From contig CM059430.1 of assembly GCA_030390025.1 (NCBI GenBank), forward strand, positions 47,554,001-47,618,000: a stretch of DNA of 64,000 nucleotides, read 5' to 3'. The position numbers and the translations under genes were made by a program. Source of the stretch: Squalus acanthias (Eukaryota). Below the pieces are notes generated by a model that made no database searches, was not told the origin of the DNA, and saw only the letters and a list, made by a program, of their open reading frames with translations. Positions 1 through 12,390 of this stretch are shown piece after piece (within the stretch, counting starts at the first letter, position 1; each line of letters opens with the position of its first letter).

Positions 1-1032
1 CTTGTACTCAAACCTGCAGATGGACAAAGGTTAGGGAAGGAACTATTGGGCTGTGTCCCCTCACCTTCCCTTGAGGCAACAATCAGATGGTAAACTATAT
101 GGCATGATCTTCTCGTGATAGGCAGAGCTAATAATAATGCAAATTCCAAAAATGCATTTTTTCCCCCAATTTAACTATAAGTCCTTTAATTATTTCACAC
201 AACATGCATCCACATCAACACTATTTTGAGTATCAAATTGGCTCACGGAATATACAGGCACATTTACATTTCAGGATCCCTTCAGCACCGAAGCACAACA
301 TGCTTTGCAATCTGATGAGGAACAGCAGCTGCATCTTCTTAAAATCAGTTTTTGCTGCAGGCCATTCCACCTCAAACCCTTAAAGGAGCATTTCTGCGCT
401 TGAATTAAAAAAAAAAACAGGCAGCTTATTTCAAGAAATTTATTAAGCTATTTTCTAAATCCTACTTTGAAATTCCATGAACATTTTGAAAATACAATTT
501 TCTATAGACACCGTGATAGAAAAGATGTGAAAGTGGTAAAGGTCATTCAATACTCAAAGGGCAGCGTGGGGCTTAACACCAATTAACCTACTGAATACAA
601 TGTAAATGAACTGCGTCTGATTAAAATGTCAAACTAATTTTTATGGTCTGCTGGAAACTGCAAACCAAATTATACGAGTAATAAAAGAATTTTAATTGAG
701 ATTTGAAATGAGGGCAACTGCTCTCGCTTTCCTCTATGTATTGTTCCCTCTGCTCCTTTTGTCCTTTTTAATCTTCTAATAGTTTCCCTTGTATCTGGTT
801 ATTTACCCTGCATTGCCATCACTTTCGTTTTGTTTATAACCGGTGCTCCTTCATTTTTGCAAGGTCATTACTAATCTTCTCTCCATCCTCGGATTGGTAT
901 TCTAAGTAGCAGTGACTACTTGTGAGGGCTGATTCCACATCAGCCCCCAAAAGAATGACCTACAGGGTCAGCTCAATTAATTAATTTGTTTATGCTCCTA
1001 CACATGGAGTGCTGCCGTACCTTGGCAGGGCT

Positions 1033-1061
1033 GGGGGGGGGGGGGGGGGGGGGGGGGGGGG
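1033..1061. repeat. Poly-G homopolymer (29 nt)
   Basis: Uninterrupted G run read directly from the sequence. Confidence 0.9.
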
Positions 1062-1283
1062 AGGGAGGAGGTGAAAGAGGGTGGAATTCTGAGCACAGTA
1101 GGTCTTAAAGTGCTACTGCTAAGGCAAGGCACAACCTTTTTTGGAAAGACGCTGACTCCTAGAATGAAGATGAATGGTATAGAACCTAGAGCTGTCCCCT
1201 TCAGTGGAGAGAGGCTTAAAGTCCTGCTAGAGGAGGCAACACTCAGCAAATTGAGGCAGAGGGAAACTCTCCTAACAAGAGAT

Positions 1284-1600
1284 GGCAACACGGTGGCATA
1301 GTGGTTAGCACTGTTGCCTCACAGCGCCAGGGACCCGGGTTCAAATCCGGCCTCGGGTGACTGTCTGTGTGGAGTTTGCACATTCTCCCCGTGTCTGCAT
1401 GGGTTTCCTCCGGGTGCTCCGGTTTCCTCCCACAGTCCAAAGATGTGCGGGTTAGGTTGATTTGGCTATGATAAAATTGACCCTTAGTGTTAGGGGGATT
1501 AAATACATGGGGTTACGGGGATAGGGTGGGATATGTGTCGGTGCAGGCTCGATGGGCCGAAATGGCCTCTATCTGCACTGTGGGGATTCTGTGATATTGT
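1284..1600 (+). mobile_element. HE1-like V-SINE (tRNA-derived head, V domain, CR1-type tail)
   Basis: A box tggcatagtgg and B box ggttcaaatcc; V-domain gtgtggagtttgcacattctccccgtgtctgcatgggtttcctccggg; CR1-like tail gatgggccgaaatggcct...ttctgtg. Confidence 0.9.
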
Positions 1601-2503
1601 GCAGCAGGCATTTCAGGAAGTGGTGGACAGTGAATATAGTTTTGCAAGTCCATAGGTTGTGGGGGCAAATGTGTAAACTGTTTTCAGGACTGAGGAAGAG
1701 TACCAAGGTAGACTTGAATAAAGGGCATCCACTGAAAGGAAAGGGATGCCTGATCAATATACATCAAACACTCAACCCACAGCATGTTGCTACATCAGCA
1801 ATACAGTCTGCAAAGCATTAACCCCAACCTTCACATCTAACACCCGCTGCCGACCATCTCAGCAAAAGTGGAACTCCAGCTGAGTGACAAAGGCCAAGGT
1901 TTTCGATCACTCTTGGAGATGTTCCACGTTTTCACCCACTCACCATGGCTCCTCAAATTACTTGCATGGTCAAGTCAAAAGTAACTCTCACAAATATGGT
2001 GAACTTCTTCAGCAAAAGGCTCGCAGACCAACCAATGGCAGTTTTATATAGATACGCAGTGAATCAAGAGCTGCACTGCAGAACACCACAGGGAATTAGT
2101 CGTGGGACCAATTACAGTGGACTTGCATCATTGTGTACCCATTAATAAGGCCAGTCCACAGTAAAAGTTCTGCCTCAAAGTTATGGCAATTTTTTTCTCT
2201 CTCCCCACCCCGCCCCACTGGTTTCGGAGAATGCAAAGGTCTACCCACCCAATTTTGCAAGCTGTGTGCGTTGTCGGCACAGGACACTCATCCAGCTTTA
2301 CATCAGGGAATCAGCTATCTAATGTCATGCTAGTTACCTGGAGGACTACAGTTAATTGTTCAGTCAGTTACAATCAATTGTCCTAGCAGAATAGTACTGA
2401 CTCCCTAGTTAGTCATGATGCGGAGATGCCGGTGTTGGACTGGGGTGGACAAAAGTGAGAAGTCGCACAACACCAGGTTATAGTCCAACAGCTTTATTTG
2501 AAA

Positions 2504-2540
2504 TCACAAGCTTTCGGAGCACTGCTCCTTCGTCAGGTGA
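2504..2540 (-). ncRNA. Minimal type I hammerhead ribozyme motif (Penelope family A)
   Basis: Minus strand reads UCAC-CUGACGA-A-GGAGC agu GCUCC-GAAA-GC-UU-GUGA: core boxes, stems I and II, and a palindromic AAGCUU in place of stem III. Confidence 0.8.
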
Positions 2541-3652
2541 AGTGAAGAAATACAAATGGGCACAGCATATATAGACAGAGAACAATGCCTGTGCAGAGAA
2601 CAATGCCAGAACAATGACAGGCCACAGCGAAAAATCGCATAGACCTCCTCAGAAGACGAACACGGGACACAACCAACAGAGTACCCTACGTCGTCCAGTA
2701 CTTCCCCGGAGCGGAGATACTACGCCATGTTCTTCGCAGCCTTCAACATGTCATCGATGACGACGAACACCTCGCTAAGGCCATCCCCACGCCTCCACTA
2801 CTCGCCTTCAAACAGCCGCCTAACCTCAAAAGTACCATCGTTCGCAGCAAATTACCCAGCTTTCAGGAGAACAGCGACCACGACACCACATAACCCTGCC
2901 ACGGCAACCTCTGCAAGACATGCCAGATCATCAACACAGATACCATCATCACACATGAGGACACTACCCACCAGGTACATGGTACATACTCATGTGATTC
3001 GGCCAACGTTGTCTACCTCATACGTTGCAGGAAAGGATGCCCCGGAGCATGGTACATCGGCGAGACCATGCGGACACCGCGCAACAATCGCCAGGCAGGA
3101 GTGTTACCTCCCAGTCGGGGAACACTTCAGCAGTCAAGGACATTCAGCCTCTGATCTTCGGGTAAGCGTTCTCCAAGGCGGCCTTCGAGACACACGACAA
3201 CGCAAAATCGTCGAGCAGAAACTGAAAGCCAAGTTCCGCACCCATGAGGACGGCCTCAACCGGGATCTTGGGTTCATGCCACGCTACATGTAACCCCACC
3301 TGACGTAGAGTCGTCGTTGGCTTGTTCTCTCTACACAGATGCGGCCGGACCTGCTGTGATTTCCAGTAAAAAAAAGTAAAAAGTTTAAAGTTTTTGGTTT
3401 TCCATACAGACTGCAGCATCTGCCACATTAGACCCCTTGTGACCCCACCTCATTGTCTTTGTTGTATTTTGCTATCGTCTTTGATGTAATGTCTTCCTGA
3501 CTGTCCTGGTTGGATTTGATTGCCGTGATTGTCTCTCTGCCGAGGTGTGATAAAGGGCAGTTAGAAAGATTAACTGTAGTCGTCTGGCATTGTTCTCTGC
3601 ACAGGCATTGTTCTCTGTCTATATATGCTGTGCCCATTTGTATTTCTTCACT

Positions 3653-3690
3653 TCACCTGACGAAGGAGCAGCAGCTCCGAAAGCTTGTGA
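3653..3690 (+). ncRNA. Minimal type I hammerhead ribozyme motif (Penelope family A)
   Basis: UCAC-CUGACGA-A-GGAGC agca GCUCC-GAAA-GC-UU-GUGA, followed by AATAAA. Confidence 0.8.
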
Positions 3691-4299
3691 TTTCAAATAA
3701 AGCTGTTGGACTATAACCTGGTGTTGTGCGACTTCTCACTTTTGTCCCTAGTTAGTGGCAGCTACCAGCGATTCCTTTTGTAGTTTATCAGGGGATAATG
3801 CAGTGGAGATAACACAAAATCCTTGAGATAGTCGCCTGAGACAACACTCTCTGCTCACAATAAAGGAGGCAGCACACCCAGTATTAATGTACATTTACCT
3901 TCTGCTGGTGTCTTCCTGCAGTCCATAGATAGCTCATCAGTGAAAAGAGGAGATGCCCTAGTTAACCAGCTGTGCCAAATGTGTAGTGAAGAATACAGTC
4001 ACTAGAGAAAATACTGAATTCAGCAGCTAGTTTAATCTGTCACAATCTCCTTTAAAAAAAAACTTTTAAAATATTGGGAACTCCTTTCATCATCCCAGTA
4101 CCACACCCTACACCACACATCATTCAACCTCACTGTGTGGAGCAGTTGATGACTTGTTTCCTAGCCTCCGGCAATACTGCTCAAGTTAGCCATTGGGAAG
4201 TACATAAGTGTAGTCTTGGATAATTTGCAGATTTTCCTTCCCAGTGTGACTAAGTAGTATCTGGCTGATACCCATTATTGCTTTGCATATCCCTTACAA

Positions 4300-4345
4300 C
4301 AGGGGTATCCACAAACTGCGGCCTATGGACTGCATATGGCCCCAA
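4300..4345 (+). mobile_element. Possible left end of an old hAT/Charlie-type MITE
   Basis: caggggtatccacaaactgcggcctatggactgcatatggccc resembles MER58-like termini; no right end found. Confidence 0.3.
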
Positions 4346-5072
4346 ACCCTACTGGCTCACGCAAGCAACCCAGTCCTATTTGTGCTTATATTTTTTTTTA
4401 ATTTGCTGGTTTGCCTCGTTTGAACGTTAGAACATTTTGGCAAGGACCATTTTAGTGCTTTGGTGGATAAATCCTAAATCAGAACACCAGGGTCTGTTGG
4501 TGTCTGCAACTTGAGATGTATGCAAATTAACAGGAACTTGGATTTAAACTTTATACAGGGCTTTCAAGGCTCCATGGCACATACCTAGATGGCTCACTAA
4601 GACAAAAAGTTTAGACAACTCTGCCGTAGATAGTCTCTTCAGACAGCACTGTGTACTTGTAATCAATTCCCTACAATTCTGTGATGTGTACTGAAAGATC
4701 AGTAAGCTACACTGTAGTTCCAACTTTAGCGAGGCCAGTGCTAAGGGATTCTCAGAAAGTCCTGTGAGTGCCACTGACCTTTGGGCATTTGACCTATGCC
4801 ATTGATATTTGGTCTCCCTGCAGGGGCTCAGTGAACCAACATAGACATTGTAACTAAACAACTGGGATACCATTGTGGTTGGTCACTTGTATTCTATTAT
4901 ACCCATTAAGAACTGTTACAAATTCAAGTTTGTCGTAGATACTTTCTTAGGTTTAGTGACATCTGTTGCTTCCTTAAGCAGCCTTTTGCTTTTATGCCCT
5001 GAATCTACTTATATGATAGCATAAACCAGAATGTAACAAAAGCATCGCTTTGTGATCAGGATTAGATACTAT

Positions 5073-5505
5073 GTCAGCTGTGGCTCAGTGGGTAGCACAC
5101 TTGCCTCTGAGTCAGAAGGTTGTGGGTTCAAGTCCCACTCCAGAGACTTGAGCACAAAAATCTAAGCTAACACTCTGAGGGAGTGCTGCACTGTTGGAGG
5201 TGCTGTCTTTCGGATGAGACATTAAACCTGCTCTCTCAGGTGGATGTAAAAGATCCCATGGCACTATCTCGAAGAAAAACAGGGGAGTTATCCCCGGTAT
5301 CCTGGCCAATATTTAATTGCTCAACCAACATCATTAAAACAGATGATCTGGTCATTTATTTCAATGCGTTTGTGGGACCTTGCTGTGCACAGATTGACTG
5401 TCTCATTTTCTACATTACAACAGTGACTACACTTCAAAAGTACTTCATTGGCTGTAAAGTGTTTTGGGACGTCCGGTGGTCGTAAAAGGTGCAAGTCTTT
5501 CTTTC
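5073..5505 (+). mobile_element. DeuSINE (SacSINE1-like), near full length
   Basis: tRNA-like head tggctcagtgg...ggttcaagtcc; Deu domain caggtggatgtaaaagatcccatggcactat; L2-like tail. Confidence 0.85.
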
Positions 5506-6482
5506 ACATGTGTATTTCTTCAATCCCCACAATGGCAGATTGTCTTACCACTAGGTGAAGATTTTTTATTCTACAGTAAGGTGAAGATACAGAAGTTATA
5601 ATTTGTCCAACTCACTCCCATAAATATAACTTGTCTTTGCATAATATAAAAATAAATACAGTACACTACGCAACTTCAGTGGATCATCTTGCTTGCTTTA
5701 AAAGTTTATTTTCAGCATTTCATTACATAATGGCAGGAATGTAACAAAGGGGTAGTCTGGTGTCATGAATGTAACAAAGGGGCAGTATGGTGCCATTCTA
5801 CTGGATAAACAAGTTATTTTAAATTATGGTGAACACTATGCTCATCTTCGGTGGGTTTCTTACAGTGAAAGGAAATTGCCTTCCCATGTAAAAAGCATCA
5901 ATTGATGATGCTATAAGCTTCTGTCTTTTCATCCTTCATTGATTTATACCTTTTTTAGGCTTGGAAGTGTATTGTAATAATTTTTCTTTCTTGTGGAGTC
6001 TCATTTCATTTTGCATTCTCTCAGTTTGTTTTCCTCTACTCACTGTTAATTCCCTCCTCTTTAACTTCCCCAACATTATTCTCTTGCCTTCTTTCTTTTA
6101 ATTAAATGGGCACGGCCTGTGGTTCCGGTCTTTCAACAATATGCTTGGTTTCAGTTTCCCTTTCTCTCCAGTGCCTGAACAGCTTGGATATTTTCCCAAA
6201 GCCCACTCCTCCCCTTTCACTGAAGTGCACATCACTATAAGCCCCTCACACAACACTTATACCCAAAGTTAGCTCCTCCTTGTGGTGCTCTGTACTCTGC
6301 CCCCTCTCTTGCAGCCTACACAAAAATGTTTACATTTAAAAAAAATTGTTATGACTCTTAATATTGAATGCACATTGGCCAGAATCACCACTCCTTCACT
6401 ACTGAAACATATACTTGTGTAGTGAGTTTTTAAGTTGTGCTTTGGATTTATGATACCAATCTCCAGCACTATCCCACTTGCT

Positions 6483-6867
6483 TAGAAACATAACAAAATA
6501 GGAGCAGGAGTAGGCCATTCAGCCCTTCGAGCCTGCTCCGCCATTCAATATGATCATGGCTGATCCTCTATCTCAATACCATATTCCCGCTCTCTCCCCA
6601 TACCCCTTGATGCCTTTTGTGTCTAGAAATCTATCTATCTCCTTCTTAAATATATTCAGTGACTTGGCCTCCACAGCCTTCTGTGGTAGAGAATTCCACA
6701 GGTTCACCACCCTCTGAGTGAAGAAATTTCTCCTCATCTCAGTCCTAAATGTCCTACCCTGTATCCGGAGACTGTGACCCCTCGTTCTAGACTCCCCTGC
6801 CAGGGGAAACCTCCTCCCGGCATCCAGTCTGTCTAGCCCTGTCAGAATTTTATATGTTTCAATGAGA
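6483..6867 (-). mobile_element. CR1/HER1 LINE 3' fragment
   Basis: ORF2 C-terminus LIETYKIL...TRGH...FFTQRVVNLWNSLP plus 3' UTR ggcctactcctgctcctat. Confidence 0.92.
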
Positions 6868-8279
6868 CTCGTAGAAAACAACAGAAGAGGAAGAATACAA
6901 AATTGCTGGAGGTCAGGTTCCCAAAAAGCAGGGAAGATTGTAGCTGGGCCATCTGACCTAAACACATGGAGAATAATTTTGTTAAGAGGTTGTTCAAACT
7001 GCGACAAGCATTTTGTGTTCACAGCCAAGCTGGTTAGAATGCATGCAGCGGAGGGCTGAAGCATTGAAGCAGCAACTCATTTTGCAAATTGGCACCTGCC
7101 ACCCTCTGTCCAGAATGTCTTCATCACTTCCTTCAGTTTTTAGAGTGAATATGCATAGCTTTATATTTTCCCTCCCATTCAAAGCTACCTCTGCAGCTTT
7201 CCAGGCCGAGATGCTTAGGCAGAAGGATACAGTATTGTGGCATCATTAGGGCCAATATGGATCCTACTTTACAATTTGTTGTGCCTTGATGGAATTAAAA
7301 CCATAACAAGTTATAGATAATATATTTGACAGATTTAACATTAGAGGCTAGATCTGGTGGAAATATCTACTTATGGTCCTAGCTTTCGGTTTGTACAATA
7401 CCGGCATTATGTGCCTGGGAAAGAGGTTTTGCAAAGAAGTGTTAGGCGGTTATTATATTAAGCCTCCTGAGCCCTTCAGGGTACGAGAAAATAAGCCATA
7501 CAGTAAGAGTGCATATATGACTTTCCAACAAATATGTCCACTAACATAAAATTCACTAATAAACACGACCACTTCTACTGCCGGTCCAGAAAACTTCATT
7601 TTGAGATGCTTGTTCTTTATGTAACTCTTAAAAATTTTAAATGGAGCATTTACTTTACTGAGCAGCAAGTAAAGAAAATTGAACTTCAAATTCTCAGCAT
7701 AGAAAAAATAATTTGGCTGCAACCAATGTCAAAAGTATATTCCACCATATGTAAAGTGGCTCGTTAATTTGGATTAAAGATGTCTGCCTCATATTAGTCT
7801 GAAAAGAACAGTAAAAATCAAGAAATAATGGGATGCAAGCTCATGTTTAAATGGCATCAGCACACTCCATTCGGCGTGAAAAATTGAACTGTGGTAGCTG
7901 TGAAAAGCTTTGCTGAGTCAGTTTGACCCAGGAAAATGGAGTGCAAATTTTGCATTGGGAGCATCAGCAGCAGGCAGAAAGTTAATCTGGACTGAACTGT
8001 TCTGACCAGCCCAAATTACGTATTAAAAATAAAAACATTCTGCAATGTTTGCTGCCATGAACATTTGTTTGCATCCACAGTCCAACCCCCTTACGCTTCT
8101 GATGTATTCTTCTGCTGCAGGATTTGTGGATCTCTTACAGATTTTATTTTGCTCTCTTAAATAAGCTTTCCACTAAACAGCTGGCATCCCTTCTCTTACT
8201 GCTCGGCTAATGCTCAGACATCTAATGACTACAGTAGTTTGACTTTCCTAGTATTCTTATATCCTTGATCTACATCTTG

Positions 8280-9303
8280 ATTCTATATGCTGCCCCTTGG
8301 CGACATCATCCAAAAACACGGTGTCAGTTTCCACATGTACGCTGACGACACCCAGCTCTACCTCACCATCATTTCTCTTGACCCCCTCCACGGTCTCTAA
8401 GTTGCCAGACTGCTTGTCCGGCATCCAGTTCTGGATAAGCAGAAATTTTCTCCAATTAAATATTGGGAAGACCGAAGCCATTGTCTTTGGTTCCCGCCAC
8501 AAACTCCATTCCCTAGCCACCGACTTCATCCCTCTCCCTAGGATCTGTCTAAAGCTGAACCAGACTGTTCGCAACCTTGGTGTCACATTTGACCCTGAAA
8601 TGAGCTTCTGACCACATATCTGCGGCATAACCAAGACCGCCTATTTCCACCTCCGTAACATTGCCCGACTCCGCCCTTGCCTCAGCTCATCCACTGCTGA
8701 AACCCTCATCCATGCCTTTGTTACCTCTAGACTTGACTATTCCAACACACTCCTGGCTAGCCTCCCACATTCTACCCTACGTAAACTTGAGGTCATCCAA
8801 AACTCGGCTGCTTGTGTCCTAACCCACACCAAGTCCCATTCACCCATCACCACTGTGTGCGCTGACCTACATTGGCTCCTGGTTAAGCAACGCCTCGATT
8901 TCAAAATTCTCACCCTTGTTTTCAAATCCCACCATGGCCTCGCCCCTCCCTATCTCTAATCTCCTTCAGCTCCACAACCCCCACCCCACCAGAGATATCT
9001 GCGCTCCTCAAATTCTGCCCTCGAGCATCCCTGACTATAATCGCTCAACCAGTGGTGGCCATGCCTTCAGCTGCCTAGGCCCTAAGCTCTGGAACTTCCT
9101 CCTTAAACTTTTCCGCCTCTCTAGCTCTCTTTCCTCCTTTAAGGCGCTCCTTAAAACCTAGCTCTTGGACCAAGCTTTTGGTCATCTGCTCTAATTTCTT
9201 ATGTGGCTCGGTGTCAAATTTTTGTCTTATAACACTCCTGTGAAGCACCTTGGGATGTTTTACTACGTTAAAGGCGCTATACAAATACAAGTTGCTGTTG
9301 TTG
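8280..9303 (+). mobile_element. L2-clade LINE 3' fragment
   Basis: [18 protein letters not shown] and SRLDYSN-type motifs; tail aaaggcgctatacaaatacaagttgctgttg; candidate 9-bp duplication ttgatctac at 8265-8273 and 9301-9309. Confidence 0.9.
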
Positions 9304-9709
9304 ATCTACTAAATCAAAATATTGTACATTAACTAAAAGACTTTGATAAAGTGTAGCGAACATAAAGTCCTTGTGTAGCAGCATGTCTGGCAATACCTTT
9401 GGGGCAGCAAAGGTCATCAAGAATAGATTTTTTCAAGCAAAACATTTGACTGTCTCGTCAAATGTTGAGCATATGAGCCATTAATAACTTGACCTGTGGC
9501 AGGAAGGAGCTGGCTTATTCCTCATTATCTCTGTACTTTTCCCATCAAACTAGGCTTGCATGATACATAGATATCTTCTGGACTTTGTGTCATCATACCA
9601 ATTACCCTTTTACTCAAATGCCAATTCACCAAGGTCAAACAACTGCTGAGCAGAAGCCTATTCGTTCTTTGGTCTTCGTCTAGTGTGATGTGCTGCAGTT
9701 TTTTGTTCC

Positions 9710-10035
9710 CATTTTCTTCCCGCCTCTTCTGAAAGCAATGGCTCATATTGGAGTACAATTCCTTGGGTGCCAGCAACCTTCCGATGCCTACTCACGCTGC
9801 TATTCTTTATGCACAAACCTAGGTTACTTGACAATGTTGGGAGTAGAGTATCACAGCTGAGCCCGACATTGTACTCGCCCAACATCCACACGGGTATGCT
9901 CTTTAATAAGGGTCACTGTAGGACAATTAGAATAGAGAACCATAGCTGACATTTCCCTTTCCTAGTCCAGGGACAGAGGCCAACTGCAGAACCTTCACCA
10001 GCACTGTGACTGAGTTTATCTAACTCAACTCAAAC
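9710..10035 (-). mobile_element. Degenerate ancient tRNA-SINE (AmnSINE2-like)
   Basis: Diverged similarity to the copies at 12262-12390 and 31200-31345; head remnant gtttgatcccttgtttgagttgagttagat on the minus strand. Confidence 0.5.
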
Positions 10036-11582
10036 AAGGGATCAAACTTGTGATCTACTTGATTATATAGACCATTACCAAACCACATGATAAGTTTATC
10101 TCTGAATCATTGTGGATGGGATTCGGTGACATGGGTGGAGTGAAGGAGGGGAGGGATTCACGCTGTGACTTTTGTAGATCAGTTGTGTAGCCTGTAAGAA
10201 CATAGATAAAAATCTCGTAACTGAAATTGCCTAAAATATTAATTGCAAAACTTGTGTCGGACTGCATTTTAGTAGAAATCAGTTGGGAACTCAAATATCA
10301 GCCACAAACTGCTTGCTTTAAACTAACAGATTCTGGATAACTATGAATTAAAAAATATTGTCTTTGCTGGAATTTCATGGAGAAAAAAATGGTTTGTACC
10401 TCAATGACTTATCCTGTGCCGACATCTATCTTCCTTCAACTCTAACTTAACACAGTAGGGAGGAACTTGTGCTCAGATCATGACCAACTTTTGCATTTTG
10501 CATACGTGCAACTGTATTTTTATTGTGCACACATTCACACACTGTTCAAGTACTAAAGGGCATTCTTTGTTTGCTTATAGTTGGGTGCTGTTGAACTGTA
10601 TGTGTACACATGTCCTGTGGGTCACACAATTCTGTGAGCATAGGCTGGAACACAGAGTTTTTAAACAGAAAAAACATTTTTCTTAAAATTGAAGCTTCAG
10701 AAAATAATTCAAAATGATTAGACCAATAGTAAGGGGGAAAAATGGTGGTTTAACAGCAAGTATACTCACCCAAGTCCCAACTTGGAAAATGGTTGCCAAA
10801 TGTGATCTTAAGCACATGTATTTCATTAGTTCATACAGTCATTTTCCAGGCCCCATTGCTACCACTTTGTTTTTAAGCATGGACCCAAATAGAACTCCTC
10901 TGCCCATTACAGACTACTTTGGATCCTCCAAGATATTCCTACCAGCTCCGAATGGTTTTCCATCAGCAAAGATTTGTTTTTTGCTTTGAGCATAATTGGC
11001 CTTGTTATAATCACCAACAGTTAAAGCACACAATGAAGAGAGATTTCAACAACAGCTTTCCGTCAGCTGCTGATCAACTGGCAGTAACATCACTTAAATG
11101 GGCAACAACCACAGCAGGAACTGGAGGATTCAGTTGTGCATAATTCTTAATTTTATAGTAATTTCAGCAGGAAGGCCAAGAATCCAAACAGAAATAACAT
11201 TGGTTTTATGTTTTTAACTGATTCAGCTTGTGAGAGCAAGCTATTATCACAGCTGTCTGCATTTTGGTTTCCATAGACCCAAAGAGCTCATCACAATTTA
11301 GCAAGGTTAGGGGGTCTGAATTAAGATATTGACATTTTTCACGTCAGTTTGACTGTTTCCAAGTGTCAGCTTGTAATCATCTGCAGGAGGGCCAATTAAA
11401 TATGGACAGAACCTACCACACACTGCTCGTCTCCACTACCAGTGTGGAGTCTTGTGGTGAAATCAGCTTGCTGTTCCATGTTCTGTGGACTTATCTCCCA
11501 ATTAAAGAATAATGGGCTATGATATTGTGGGAGGTTAAGGACATCTCAAGTATTAAGATAGACTCCAACCCTCTGCATTGTA

Positions 11583-11695
11583 TACAGGAACAGCAGTAGG
11601 CCATTCAGCCCCTCGAGCCTGTTCCACCATTCAATAGAGCATGGCCGATCTGTATCTCAACTCCATTTACCTGCCTTTGCTCCATATCCCTTGAC
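11583..11695 (-). mobile_element. Short CR1 3'-tail fragment
   Basis: gtaggccattcagcccctcgagcctgttccaccattcaat matches the CR1 tail at 6510-6550. Confidence 0.8.
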
Positions 11696-12261
11696 TATCT
11701 CAGGTGACATTTCTGTATATGGTTTCCCCTTCCTTTATGATTGGGTGCATACATTACTTGGGAGGTTCTTAACCAGGGATCGTGGGACTCAGGGGCTGCC
11801 CGTGCTGGAACTGTTGAGTCTAAGGGTTCTGCATTTCACCTTTTGATCTCGCCCTGGCCTCTGGAGCTCCAATGTTAATTTAACTGTCCCTTTTGCCCAT
11901 GCCTCCTCTTATTTCTTATTTTATGCCCGGTTTTCTCTCTTCTTGCAGGCATAACCTTTTCGATTTTAGGATTTTGGTCATGATCCTAGCATTAATGGAC
12001 AAACTTTAGTCATATCCTGGTTGCTCAGTATTTGATAGCAGGTGCCCATCTGGGTCAAGGATAATTGGGCTGTGCACTTTGGAGCTTGTGTCCGCCTTAT
12101 CTCTCTCGGTTTGGTATTGCCCCATAATGAGGACTTAATGCGCACAAGGTTGCATCACTGGATATCGTCTCTTGGCATTACTCACTATTTATTCTTTAGC
12201 AGGATTCTCCATGCTGGTTTGCTACACACTTGATACAGCGTTGTATGTAAATTTTTGGATC

Positions 12262-12390
12262 TTGTCTGACACTCACTATCTAGGGTCATAGATGAAGAAC
12301 ATCAACAGGGGTGAGGTACCAAAGGACTACTGGTGTCAGAGGAACCGTACCCCATGAGCGTCAGTGGTATCAGCAGAGGAGAAAAACGGA
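12262..12390 (+). mobile_element. 3' part of ancient SINE (AmnSINE2-like)
   Basis: gacactcactatctagggtcatagatgaagaa...ggtgaggtaccaaagg is the reverse-complement homologue of 31240-31295. Confidence 0.55.

Larger units (their letters stand above)
2414..3744 (+). mobile_element. 5'-truncated Penelope-like retroelement (family A) with inverted pseudo-LTRs and a frameshifted GIY-YIG remnant
   Basis: Inverted arms at 2447-2610 and 3583-3747; duplication tccctagttagt at 2402-2413 and 3745-3756. Internal fragments read NVVYLIRC...WYIGET and LPVGEHF...GLNRD (stop at 3293). Confidence 0.88.

Noticed and set aside
721-745. Minus-strand TACATAGAGGAAAGC resembling the start of the last CFDP1 exon (YIERKA)
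   Set aside because: It translates as YIEESE, has no AG acceptor in the right place and no downstream similarity.
998-1301. Overlapping short ORFs with a poly-proline run
   Set aside because: The run comes from the poly-G tract, whose length may also be a sequencing artefact. No recognisable domain or splice structure.
1284-1360. tRNA genes at SINE heads (also 5073, 29171, 40140-40210)
   Set aside because: The A/B boxes run straight into SINE bodies and there is no complete cloverleaf with an acceptor stem.
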